This document shows positions 37,259-49,636 of a stretch of DNA of 64,000 nucleotides, piece by piece. The stretch is taken from assembly GCA_951406725.2 (NCBI GenBank), contig OX597817.1, forward strand, positions 156,364,001 through 156,428,000, given 5' to 3'. The position numbers and the translations under genes were made by a program. Below the pieces are notes generated by a model that was not told the DNA's origin, did not search any database, and saw only the letters and a program-made list of their open reading frames with translations. The stretch is from Octopus vulgaris (taxonomy: Eukaryota). Every line of letters begins with the position of its first letter. Positions within the stretch are counted from its first letter, which is position 1.

Positions 37259-37718
37259 GCAAATTATATTCAACACTATCTCTCTGCTTTGTAACAATGA
37301 GGTACCCCTTGTATATTTTCTCTATGTTAATCATGTTAGATAACTAGCTTGTCAGTGGGTACCTCACGTGATTAAAGATTGAGTCTTTTCACTCGAATTG
37401 CAAAGATAATTTATTACATCCCTCCCAACTACGTAATGGAGGGTGTATAATTATATGTGTGTGTTTGTGTGTGTGTGTGTGTGCATGATGTGATGTTGTA
37501 ACTACGGCCATGTATGAACATGCAATATGACTATATACATATATGGGATGTGGACTTTAAGATGGGTGTGTGTGTGTGCTTGTGTATAAAGAGCAATAAA
37601 TATGGGTTTGTGCAGAGTGTAGATATGTGTATATGTGCTCATATTTATAGATGATGATGATGTAGAAGAATACGAGTTGTATATGACATACACAAGCATA
37701 AATATGTATCACTAACTG

Positions 37719-37778
<60 letters not shown>

Positions 37779-38789
37779 TACACTTTACATTAATTCAAGT
37801 AGACATAAATCTATCTCTACAGCACAAGATGCTGTGTATATGTTTTATATTCATAAATATATGTATATAACATATATCCCTACGTTTATGATATACATGT
37901 AAATACATCTATAATATAGTATTAAATGTGACTATATATATAATATATATACATAAATGTGTATACATAACATTAGATGTTGCTGCTATAAAAAAAAAAC
38001 ACATAAGTGTATGCATAATTCATTCTGTGCAGCTGTGTGTATATATTAAACACTTACATATAAGTATACACTTACATATAAGTATACACTTAGTACAGCA
38101 TCACATGCTGCTGTCACCAACTAGGTTAGCCGTTCACTAGTAGTAAACCACTACTTCATATAGTATCTACCTTACTATGTTTGTTCTAACTACCAGCTCC
38201 CACTACATCACCAAAAATTTTTTATTTTTTTAATTTTTTAAAAAAAATATTTGCCTTACTATGGTTACCTAAGCTACCACATCTCTCAGTCAATAGTATC
38301 CATCTTACTACATTGCTCCAACTATTGCCACCCACTATGTGATAAGTAAAAAAAAAAAACGCTATAGGATACTAATGTGCTGTGCTGCTGTGTCACCTCC
38401 CACTCACTATGTTACTCTAATTTCCACTATATCTATCAAGAGTAAAACAATACATTGTGTCTACCATACTATGTTCTATTAGCTTTCACTCCCTCATTAT
38501 CTACTATACTATAATGTTCTTTCATCTCCCAACTCCCAACAGTATATACTATATTGCTCTAACTACCTCTTAATTACTCTGCTGATTACATCAACCATTC
38601 TATGTTGTTCTAACGACCAACCTTTCTCATCAATGCTAACTATATTAGCTGCTGTTTGTATAGTGATTTGGTTCTAGTCGAGTGGCATTGGGGTGTGGTC
38701 CATTGTAGGCATAGTGTTAGGGTTGTAGCAATACAGGTGTGTTTAACCATTGTAGTATTTGGGTGAATGATGCAGTGTATGGTTTAGAG

Positions 38790-39081
38790 CAGTGGTTTAC
38801 AACCATTTTTTTTTTTTTTTTTTTTTTGCCTGTGGACCCCCTTTGATTCCTATTTCACTCTACTGGACCTCTCCCCCATAGCTATTTGATGTTTTAAAAA
38901 AAAAACCTCGTTACATTTTTATAATTAAATATGATTAGAAATAGTATTTAAAGGGATTGTTAAAACATTTTGTGTATTGTAGATGTATAAATGTATAACC
39001 CATTTATTGCACATAAATTTTAGCAGCAAAATTTTATAAGGACCTCCAAGGGTCTTGCAGACCCCTAGTTGAGAACTATTG
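38790..39081 (+). mobile_element. hAT (Charlie-like) MITE
   Basis: Termini CAGTGGTTTACAAC / GTTGAGAACTATTG with 8-bp TSD GTTTAGAG / ATTTAGAG. Partial relatives at about 6950-7057 and 20480-20585. Confidence 0.8.
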
Positions 39082-39162
39082 ATTTAGAGGGATATTACCT
39101 GAATTTATTCAGAGGGGATTTATTTAAGGGATATTACCTGCCGCTGCTGTAAACTGTATTTG

Positions 39163-39204
<42 letters not shown>

Positions 39205-39649
39205 CACTACCACCACTACCACCTGAGAAATGGGTCTTCAGGTTCACACCTGCCACTTTCCTGGCAATAACATCTGTTAATTCCCCTCCAGGGACTTTCA
39301 TTAACTGCAGTTAGATCTAATGAGATAAGAACAAGTTTGCTGCTTTGTTATTCCCAAAGTGAGAGTTGTCAGCCAGCTCAACTAACCAGTTAATACCGTA
39401 TGCTACTTAATTTCCCCCCCACTCTAGTGTATTTACCCCTAAGCTATGTTATGTTATCCTCATTAAGACATGTCCTAAATATAGCAGACTGCACGTCTTA
39501 AAATATGGCACAGAGAGGGACCATATAAGAGACAAATAAAAACTGTGGTGATAACTGGCAACAACATGCTGTGTGGCAGACCCACCCAACCTGTGTCAGC
39601 TTAGAAAAGTTGTCATTGAATCATTGCAGTGGATTACAAAATTGGCTAT

Positions 39650-40050
39650 TCTTTCTTGTTTCAGTCATTGGACTGTGGCCAAGCTGGAGCACCGCCTTTA
39701 GTCAAACAAATCAACCCCCAAGACTTATTCTTTGTAAACTTGGTAGTTATTCTGTCGATCTCTTTTGCCGAACCGCTAAGTTATGGGGACGTAAACACAT
39801 CGACATTGGTTGTCAAGCAATGGTGAGGGATCAAACACAAACATACAAATACATATATATATATGTGTGTGTGTGTGTGTATGTATTTATATATATTTAG
39901 AGATATACGACAAACTTCTTTCAGTTTCCGTCTACCAAATCCACTCAAGGCTTTTGTTGGCCCAAGGCTATAGTAGAAGACACTTGCCCAAGGTTCCACA
40001 CAGTGGGATTGAACCTAGAACTGTGTGGTTGGGAAGCAAGCTTCTTATAC
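39650..40050 (-). mobile_element. SINE family A (diverged)
   Basis: Colinear match. Confidence 0.85.
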
Positions 40051-40368
40051 CAGAATTTTTTTTTATTTACTCAAGTCCTGCCACAATAAACTTTGTCTCT
40101 AATCCTTCTGGGATGGATAAAATAAGTACCTGTTAAGCACTGTTGTCAATCTAATCAACAGTTCTTTACCCCTTCTGGTAATATTATGACATTCATGTTT
40201 ACTTTCTTTCAATCTCAACTTCAAATTGTAACTGAGATTGACTTTGTCATTTATTCTTCCTGTGTTAATAAAATAAGAAATAGTGATATACTGAGATTGA
40301 TGGCCTTGTGGCAAGGTTAGAAATCAGGATCTGATACCACAGAGGTGAAGGTGGGGCTGGTATCCTTC

Positions 40369-40771
40369 TTAACCCTTTAGCATTTAAACAGGCTATATTC
40401 TACCTCTTTCATGTGCAAACTGGCTAGATCTAGCCTCTCACACTTATCTTACAATGTCATTTCTAAAAATAAACAGTTGCATCATTGAAATCTCAAAGCT
40501 ACGAGATAATGCATGATCAATTCAAAACAATGTGAATCAATAAGCAGTTCGTTCCACAGAATAATCTGGATGCTCTGCGGGTGGCACGTAAAAAGCACCC
40601 ACTACACTCACGGAGTGGTTGGCGTTAGGAAGGGCATCCAGCCGTAGAAACACTGCCAGATCAGACTGGGCCTGATGCAGCCTTCTGGCTTCACAGACCC
40701 CAGTTGAACCGTCCAACCCGTGCTAGCATTGAAAGCGGATGCTAAATGATGATGATGATCTAAAGGGTGAA
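40369..40771 (+). mobile_element. MITE M1 with a nested family D copy (40577-40759)
   Basis: The D element is inserted inside the right TIR (GATGCT|...|CTAAAGGGTGAA). Confidence 0.82.
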
Positions 40772-40829
40772 TGAAAACAAAGCATTTGATAAGAGCAAAA
40801 ATGAATCCAGACAATTTAGCATGGTTACA

Positions 40830-41940
40830 TTGCTTGGAGCCTGGTTTAATTTCGGACTTCCTGGTGAGAGTCTCAATGGAAGGATAAAGTTATGGCTAGC
40901 CTCATGTAGAAATGGGCTGAGAGGAATCTAACACCAAAAGGTTGAACCCTGAAGTGGCAAATGTGTATATTACTTCTATCGTCAATTACCACCTGACCAT
41001 TGTGCCTTGCCCCAATTTTTGTCTGACTTGATTTTAACATCAGTCCTTTCGCTTATGAAAGATTTACATTTGTGCTCTATGTTCAGTATGTTGTGACATA
41101 GACACGTACTGAGGCTTTGATTTATACTGACATTGCTGGATAGTGAGATGATGTGGTTGCTTTTGTTAGCAATGTTCTACCTCAGTTAATCTTCTTGATA
41201 AACTGAAGTCCTGTGTGGAATGAAGATTGAGATTGTATATTTGGCAGGCACTTACAGTCAAGTGAAACACTCCAGGTGTCAGCAAGAATCGACAAGCTGG
41301 TCCATTCTGGTGGGCTCTCAACTTGGAGACTGTCGATTAATTGCTAGTTCATGATAAAATGACACAGGCCTGTAGGAGCCACCAGCTGGGTCCATTGAAG
41401 ATATGCGCAGGGTAACAAAAGTACTTTCCACAAATTCATTAAGTGTCTGAGCATTAGTGACTTGTAGAGTTTTTGTCACTTGTCAGACAGTTATAATATC
41501 TATCAGCCAAGTCAATCGTGGAGATCATCTCATCTTTCTTGGAGAAATGCAGGCACTTTTCCTCTGTCTTATGACTACGAGGAAAGTGACTTTGGGGTGG
41601 ATGCAACTGAAAGCCCTGGAGGCAGGGCTTTTCTCTTTAACTAAATCCTCATCGATTTTCTCAAGTTGCAGTGGAAAAGCGAGGGTGGAAATGGAGGTGC
41701 TGCTCTCCAGTAATTTTGTTGTAAGGTGAGCATGACCCTATTGGAAAGCTCTACTCTCGGCTAAAGGAGAGCAATGACCTTCAGTGGTCGGGATAATTTT
41801 GAAACTATGGAGTCTTCCTCTCTGGGAACCTCTTCACACATTCGTTTGTATACTACATAATTTTGATTCTTTGTAAAACCCAACACTTTGTAACCAGTCT
41901 TTTCATGTCCCTCTCTCTTGTGGCAATAATAATAAATAAC
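40830..41940 (+). pseudogene. Decayed L1/Tx1-like LINE, ORF2 C-terminus and 3'UTR
   Basis: Degenerate zinc-knuckle region RYAQGNKSTFHKFIKCLSISDL*SF, then ALFLCLM...KARVEMEVLLSSNFVVR*. The 3' end CTTGTGGCAATAATAATAAAT resembles 63445-63467. The left boundary is approximate. Confidence 0.55.
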
Positions 41941-42030
41941 CCATTATTATCATCATCATCATTATTATGGTAGTAAACTGACACAGTGGTCAGTGTCGGA
42001 CAAAATGGTTAGCTCGATTTCTTCCTGCAC

Positions 42031-42075
<45 letters not shown>

Positions 42076-43365
42076 TATTTATTCATTTATTTATATATTT
42101 ATTTGTTAAAGTTGCGAATTATTGTTTTCGTCATTATGATTATCAAATGTACTTTCACTTTCAGTTTAGTATGTTTCAGATAATGTTGCTAATACTGTCA
42201 TGATATTAACGCTCGTGCATATATTACATATACGTAATAAATGCAACATCGCACTTCATATACACAAACATTGTTGCATAGACACACATACACACACACA
42301 CATACGCGCGCACACACATTTGTGCTAACATGTGTGTGTGTCGCTGAAATTTTTCTCTTGCCTTCCATTACATACAGCTTCCAATTGACACAACAGAGAA
42401 ATTTCCCTTCATCCCCACCTCTCTCTCCCTTTCACTGCCTTTCTCCCTCTCTCTCTCACTCTCTCTCCCTGTTACTCTCTGTAGACTTCAGCTTCCAAGT
42501 GAGGAAGACAATTGCAGTAGAAAGCTTCTGTCCGTGAACACATGACTCATCTGATGTAGTCGATCTATCTGTTCATCTATATCTGATGACGCTTAAGAAA
42601 AATGTCCCCTCTCTCTTTCTCTCTCTCTCTCCCTTTCTTTCTTTCTGTCCTTTTTTTTCTCTTACCATTGATGTGGTGGTGGTAGTGGTGGCTTTTTTTT
42701 ATTTATTTTTATTTATTTTTATTTCAATCATTGTAGTAACGGGGGAAGGCAACAAAAAGGGGGTGTCATGGTGGTTGATGAACAATGAATGAGTGAGGTA
42801 GCTGGCATCTCGGATGGGACATTCTTCTGCATATTTTTTAGCCTATTGGTTTAGCTACAGCATTTGCACCGTCACTGGCCACCACCACCACCACCACTAC
42901 TATCAACACCACTACCACTTATACTACTATCGGCAGCATAATAACCACTATGAAAATTAGCACTACTATAACCATCACTACCACTGCCACCACCACCACT
43001 TCTACTACTACTACTACTACTAATGCTGCTCTTAATTCCTATACTGATAGGATTACAACTATTGCTGTTAACATTATTTCAACAATTACCATCATAATAA
43101 TCATCATAAACACCTCCACAATGGCCATCACCACCACCACCACCCCTATGCCGTAGTAGTTGGCCATTCAAACTAGTTGATTGTAAGGAGTTATAGAATT
43201 GAATTTATGGGGTGAAGAGCTCAGCCATAGGGATCAGAAAAGGTCACAGATGATAGGGATAGATTGTTTGGGCCACAAATCTATCCTTGATTTGGTTTAG
43301 CTTGTATTCGGTATTCAAGCAACGTTAATAACATTTATCAATAACGGCGGCTACAGCAGTAGAAA

Positions 43366-43670
43366 GGGACTTCTGCATGGTTGCTCGAACCACTAAAAAC
43401 GGCAGCTAGATCTCCTCAAATGACAACTTGCTATCTTAACAAGAGAGAGAGAGTGTGGGGAGGGTTGGGGGAGAACAAACTCATTGGATGATGTAGTCTG
43501 AAAGACATTGTGTAGAATGCATTTAATCAAAGGCCTGCTCAGTCAGAAGCTGGCCTGGGACCTGTGACTAAACAGCATTAGCTACATTGGCAGCTAAAAG
43601 GCTGGAATGCCTTTGATCATAGGCCTGCTCAGTAAGGAATGACCTGGGACAAAACAACAACAACAACAAA
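43366..43670 (+). repeat. Old repeat family E with an (AAC)n tail
   Basis: GCTGGAATGCCTTTGATCATAGGCCTGCTCAG...GACCTGGG..AAACAACAAC; the best-preserved copy in the window. Confidence 0.7.
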
Positions 43671-44036
43671 TACTCTAAAATATCAACAACAACAACAACA
43701 ACATCATGTAGTATCCTTATTGATAGGAATAACAAAGCTTCAGTGTATTTTCTTGACCTACTCACTGCAGCTGTTAAATCTCCCTAAAAAAAAAATATAG
43801 AAAAGTCTATAGAATAATTTCTTTAGAATTCATTCATTCATTCATTCATTTACACGCTGTATGTTGTGCTATATAATTTTCACCACATACTAATTAATTA
43901 TATGTTTTGTCAAGATGTAACTGCTAAAGTGTCTTACAACAAAACTAATTATATCTATTCTTAAATAAGTATTTAATTCATGTGTATGGTGTATTATGTA
44001 TATATATCATTGTTTATAATAATATGTTATATATAA

Positions 44037-44081
<45 letters not shown>

Positions 44082-44100
44082 TTATATATTTAAGTTTAAT

Positions 44101-44148
44101 TTGTCAAAATATTTTCGTCGCTAAAATCCGCGACCTGTTCACTGACAA
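44101..44148 (-). ncRNA. Minimal type I hammerhead ribozyme, G3-C8 core variant
   Basis: UUGUCA-GUGAACA-G-GUCGC(ggauuuua)GCGAC-GAA-AAUAUU-U-UGACAA: 6-7 bp stem I, 5-bp stem II, palindromic stem III. Confidence 0.75.
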
Positions 44149-44185
44149 AAATCCGTGCTGCATCTCACAGATGCAGCACGGATTT

Positions 44186-44233
44186 TTGTCAGTGAACAGG
44201 TTGCAGATTTTAGCGACGAAAATATTTTGACAA
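44186..44233 (+). ncRNA. Minimal type I hammerhead ribozyme, G3-C8 core variant (inverted copy)
   Basis: UUGUCA-GUGAACA-G-GUUGC(agauuuua)GCGAC-GAA-AAUAUU-U-UGACAA; stem II retained through a U-G wobble. Confidence 0.72.
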
Positions 44234-44374
44234 TTTAAACTTAAATGTTGAAGTGAATCGAACGGCTTTTGTGCGTTTCTTAAATGGCTTACAAACACCT
44301 TCCACGCTGCAATTGTTTTCGTTCCAGCACACGATCTCAGATCAAATCACTTGCTATGCAAGTAGATCTCTATA

Positions 44375-44405
<31 letters not shown>

Positions 44406-44650
44406 AATTTACTTCTAATACTGGATAAAATCTTTTCAAAAAAAATTTCAAGTGGCCAGCATATTAAAATACCTTTTAAGGTGAATATTATAAACAATTA
44501 TAAATAAGAGCAAAAGAAAAAAATTTCTGTGCCAATATTCTGAGAAATAGACTTTAAATCGGCAATCACCACATAAATATATATCACTATAAATGCACAT
44601 TGTGCTGAATCGAGGAAAGCAAGCTAACAGAATTTTTTTTAAATGCGTTA

Positions 44651-44709
44651 TCTCTAAATCGAATGATTTCGGGATTAATCCAATGGATTTTTCCACTCAT
44701 CAGTAGAGA
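44651..44709 (-). ncRNA. Type I hammerhead ribozyme with a canonical core
   Basis: UCUCUA-CUGAUGA-GUGGAAAAAUCC(AUU)GGAUUAAUCCC-GAA-AUC(AUUC)GAU-U-UAGAGA. All three stems form; predicted cleavage after AUU, between 44657 and 44656. Confidence 0.78.
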
Positions 44710-44864
44710 ATACGATAAGAAATAAATAAAATGCTTACAAGCATCCATGGGAAAAAGCAGAGGCAAAGTCATGAGTACACATAAGTACCCCAAATATATC
44801 TAAAATATAAATTCCGTAGCAATCCTCAACACACGTGCAATCGGTTCGGTTCGGGACCACAGTA

Positions 44865-45170
44865 TAAATGTAAGAGAACCATCCGTTCGTGTCCGTTGCC
44901 AGCCTCGCCTGGCCCCCGTGCCGGTGGCACATAAAAGCACCATCCGTTCGTGGCCGTTTGCCAGCTCTGTCTGGCACTTGTGTGGGTGGCACGTAAAAAG
45001 CACCCACTACACTCACAGAGTGGTTGGCGTTAGGAAGGGCATCCAGCCGTAGAAACACTGCCAGATCTGACTGGGCCTGATGAAGCCTTCCGGCTTCACA
45101 GACCCCAGTTGAACCGTCCAACCCATGCTAGCATGGAAAACAGACGCTAAACGATGATGATGATGATGAT
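44865..45170 (+). mobile_element. Family D retroposon
   Basis: Nearly the exact reverse complement of 5070-5383. Confidence 0.9.
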
Positions 45171-45961
45171 ATATATATATATATATGTATAAATAATTTT
45201 CCTTACACACTAATCATATCTACTCTACACCACCAGATAAGTTATCCTGGACATTGGCTGTCATATAAACATCCTGATAAAGAGGATGTTTATGTGACAG
45301 TATATAAGCTGAATCAGATCCAGCTGGGTTGAACTTTTGATCTCTAGGTTGTTTGACCCATGTTTTCTATTTAGATGTCATAACTACAAAATCCTCTTAG
45401 TGCAAGATCAGAATTTGTATAGTCTTATATAAAACGAACTTCTTCGGATGCTCTATAATATGTTTGTTACTTTCCTCACAAATTTATTGTCAAATGTATA
45501 TTGCTGGAGGATATATTTTCAATATCAATGACAACACTTAAACAACCTAATTATGTGGTTTTGATGACATTTTAACTGAATTAAGGCCACTGTGGCCAAA
45601 ATCACAATGCTTTTGTTGTTGGGCTTACCTATTCTGTCAAGAGGTTACAGTCCTAAAAAAGGAACCATCTATTCTTATTTACAATGACCTTTCTGCAATC
45701 TCTTAAAATTTGTTGCAGCATAAATCATTGAAAAAGCTTCTTTTTTGTTGCTCAATATGGCATCCAAATCTCTTTCAAGAATGTACAAAACCAGTGAAGA
45801 TTTTTTTCATAGACTCCCCACTCAATATTTGTTGAATAACCAAATAGTTGTCAACAAAGGCCCTACAGGATTCAAAATGGGCTCATTGTAAACCACTGAC
45901 GGAAGCATGTTGTTGCTTGACTTTATGTAGCAGTCAAATTTCACTCAATAAACTCTTGTCT

Positions 45962-46192
45962 TTAACCCTTTAGCATTTAAACCGGCCATATCCGGCCAAA
46001 AGTATTCTACCTGTTTTATGTTCAAATTGGCCAGGTCTGGTCTCTCACACCAGCCCTACAATATCATTTTAAAAATTAACAGCTACCTCATCAAAAATCT
46101 CATAGCACCAAGATAATTGCCTAATTAGTTCAAGGCAATGTGGATAAAAAAGGATTAATTTTGGCAGAATAATGCGAACACTAAAGGGTTAA
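45962..46192 (+). mobile_element. MITE M1
   Basis: TTAA TSD and CCCTTTAG/CTAAAGGG TIR. Confidence 0.9.
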
Positions 46193-46265
46193 GTAGGGAC
46201 CACAGAAAAAAAAAACAACTAGTGAAGGGGCTTCTAAATAGATGCTTCCAAATCTCCTTACTCTT

Positions 46266-46493
46266 TTAACCCTTCGTTACCAACCCGGCTGAAACCGCCT
46301 CTGGTTCTGTAGTGCAAATGTCTTGTTTTCATAAGTTTTGAATTAAAATCTTCCACCAAACCTTAGTCACAATTTATGTTCCTAACACTAGCTGAATGAT
46401 GACTAAGTTATTTTACTAAATTCTTTGTTATATTTTAAATAATTGAAAGAAACACAGAGCATCTCAAAATAAATACGGTAACAAAAGGGTTAA
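46266..46493 (+). mobile_element. MITE M2
   Basis: TTAA|CCCTTCGTTACC ... GGTAACAAAAGGG|TTAA. Confidence 0.9.
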
Positions 46494-48849
46494 AGTAGGG
46501 ATCACAAGACCAATAAAGGAGTTTTTTTAATAATCCTTCAATATGTTCAACAGACATATTGGTGGGGGTGGGTAACAAAAAACTCCCAACTGACTTTAAA
46601 ATGGGATTTTTTTTGTTGTTGAGAACGAAGTTACGGGACTGCATATTTCACAATAAAGATGGCAAAAACAATGGCTAGTATGACTAACAGCAAGTGTCTT
46701 CGGCTGGCCAGCGTTGTATTATATGTCTGTGGGCTTGCTCAATTAGATTTAACTTCAACCATCAGAACAACAACAACTATTGATAACAGTAACAGCAGCA
46801 AAAATAACTGCAGATATTATTACAGTAGCAGCAATGTCAGCAGCAACAGTGCACCAACAGTGACAAGTAGCAGCAGCAGCAACAATAACAACAACAGCGA
46901 CAACAACTATTTGTCATAAGAATCATTACAATGATAGAAATAACAGCGGCAAGAGTAATCATTACGACAACGATTATTGTTTTTTGAATGGTAAAAATTG
47001 ACTTGGCAAGATTTGAACTCAGAATGCCAAGAGCCAGAATAAATACCGAAACACACTTTTATTCCACCTTACGACGTAAGATTTACTGCAGCAATAGCAA
47101 CTACATCAACAATTTGCTAGTAACAAGAATTACTTTAGTAGTAACAACAATTTTTAATACAACACAAACGTCACTTAGTCTGCTAAAAATAGCAGACCAT
47201 TTCCCTCAAATCACATCCCTACCATCTTACAAAATGAAGGATGCATTAAACAATGTAGTCATATATATATATATACATACACACACACACACACACACAT
47301 ATATATACACATACATACATACATAGGTTACTGTTAGGCTGGAGTGTGGCTCTTTGATCATGGGTCTGCTTAATCAGAGCTGTCCTGGTGTTAAACAGCA
47401 GCTCCTGTTAATATGAATTACTACAGCAGTGGAAACAACAAGGATGCTTCTCATGGTCACTTGACTTACATGAAATAGTAGTCAGATCTCCCTCAATGTT
47501 CACCTTACCGTCTTTAAAAAAAAAAGTAACAAATTAGATAAATGCCTTTGAAAATAAGATGAGATGGTCTTGGTTGGAACACTTTGACCATAGATTTAAT
47601 CAAATGGTTGACCTGAGGCTAAACATCAATTACAGTAGATCCTACTACAGCAACAACAACAGTTAATAATTACTGTAGTAGTATTTGTAGTAGTAGTAGT
47701 AGTAGTAACAACAACAACAGTAACTGTAATTCCAGCATCAATACCCAGAACTGCTATTACTACTACTACTGCTGCTGCTATCACTGCTACTACTACAGTA
47801 GTCATAGAAAAGCAAGTGAACATATCCAGACACACGCACATACACTTGCATATTTGACTTGACCTTGACCTCTATTACAATTCATTTTCAAATCTCATTG
47901 GTCAGACGAGATGGATGACACCTCTCACTTGCAATGTCTTTGTATTCATTCTGTAAAAAAAAAACATAATACACATATAAATAAAAGCATCTTGTTGCTA
48001 CAGGGCTCCTCACATCAGCTGAACCTTTAATTAATATTTTCTGTAGAAATACACTGCCTTTTTGTTTTGTTTCAATTAATTTTCAGAAAATTGAGGAATT
48101 AATGTTTGGAACATAAATTAACATAAATTAACATAGACTGTAAATGAGGAAGTTCCTATCAGAGGAAAAGGAACTGGAAGAGGAAATCAACGGCTCTTAA
48201 CTGCTAAGAATATGGCACAAATGAATCCAAAGGCCCTGTAAGAGTACAGTGCTAATACAGTACTGAATTATATGTAGTAAATATTGTTTTACCTAACTGT
48301 AGTTAAAAGAAGGTCACAGAGAGAGGAATAAGAAGCGTCATTGCCTGGAATGTGGTACATGTGAATCCAAAGACCCTCTTTAGTGTCACATGGTCACAAA
48401 TAATTATGTGTCAAGTGCTTTTCTCTTTCCCTCCCTCCCTCCCTCCCTCCTCTCCCCCCTCTCTAGTTGTAGACCTGTATTTCTATCTAATTCTGTATCC
48501 CTTATTAATGTGCTCCCCTTTCATCCCTGTTTTTGTTGTCTTCCTCCCCATCTCATCTCTAACTTAGTTCACCTCTTTGCCCTTACATAAATATATGCAG
48601 ATGCACACAAACCCAAATACAAATCCATGTGCTCTCTCTCTCTCTCTCTCTCCCTCTTTCTCTCTCTCTCTCTCTCACACACACACATCTGCAAAATGTA
48701 CACCTGGACACACATACACACAGTCACCACCATGTTCTGGTATTCTCTTTCTTGATAAGTGTCCCGTCTTCATTTTGTGTGCATCTGCTGCAGAATGTAC
48801 GTGAATGCACACTTGCATGTGTGGCTACTTGAATGTTTCCCCATCTCTA

Positions 48850-49185
48850 TGTATGGGTGCCCAGCTGTTTCACATTTCCATGTGAGGGTGTTTTGACAGC
48901 AACACCTATATACATGGATGTGCAACTGTTGCACATCTCTACCTTTGAGTCAGATGTGTGCAACAGTTATCTGTGATGGTGCCTCTGTTGTACACGTTAC
49001 TGCATCGGTAATTGTGTATCTGTAGCACTTTACTGCATAAGTCATCGTATATCTATAGCACATAGACTGCTACATGACTGGCTGTTCATGTTTCACATGG
49101 ACTGCTGCATGACTACGCATCTGTTGCACATGGACTGCCACATGATTGTGTATCATTTGCACATTGATTGCTACATGATTGATTT
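48850..49185. repeat. Degenerate ~30-33-bp minisatellite (CATCTGTTGCACATGGACTGCTACATGA-like)
   Basis: About 8-10 imperfect units, best preserved at 49050-49180. Confidence 0.7.
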
Positions 49186-49407
49186 TGTATTTATTACATT
49201 TTGCGTGGGTGTATATCTCTATAGTTGATACATCTATCTACTTGGTTTGAGGATGGTTTGACTGCTTTTTAAACAAATTTTTTTGAACCAACAATAAGAT
49301 ACCTAACTGTATTGAACCCTTTACAGCCTTTCATGTGACCCCTATTAAGCTGTTGTGCATGTACTGGGCAGTAGTATTATTGAAGTTTAAACTAAATCAA
49401 TCTTGGT

Positions 49408-49636
49408 TTGACCCTTCTGTTGCCATATTATTATTGAAGTACATCTTTTATTTCTATTGATTCTGGAAATAATGAAAAATACAGAAAAATAACTTTGCTG
49501 TTACCAAGCCAATGTCTGGAACATAAATTGGCTTGAGATTTTAGAGGAAAATTTTATATTCATATCACTTTAAAACGGGGAGTTTGTACCATAGAACCAA
49601 GGGTGGTCTTAGATGGATTGGTAACGAAAGGGTTAA
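49408..49636 (-). mobile_element. MITE M2 (diverged)
   Basis: TTGACCCTTCTGTTGCC ... GGTAACGAAAGGG|TTAA. Confidence 0.75.

Larger units (their letters stand above)
44088..44371. mobile_element. Penelope-like terminal remnant with an inverted duplication (palindrome 44088-44246), in (TA)n
   Basis: 78-bp arms, 3-nt loop and about 3 mismatches; each arm carries a minimal hammerhead. An inverted partial terminus plus hammerhead is the established PLE signature. Confidence 0.7.

Noticed and set aside
42543-42549. AP-1 site TGACTCA near a CT-rich acceptor-like sequence
   Set aside because: A single 7-mer is expected by chance, and there is no coherent exon or promoter structure.
45077-45102. CTGATGA-AGCC-TTCC-GGCT in family D as a hammerhead
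   Set aside because: The stem is followed by TCAC rather than GAAA, and CTGATGA is not conserved in other D copies (CTGGTGC); it is a plain hairpin.
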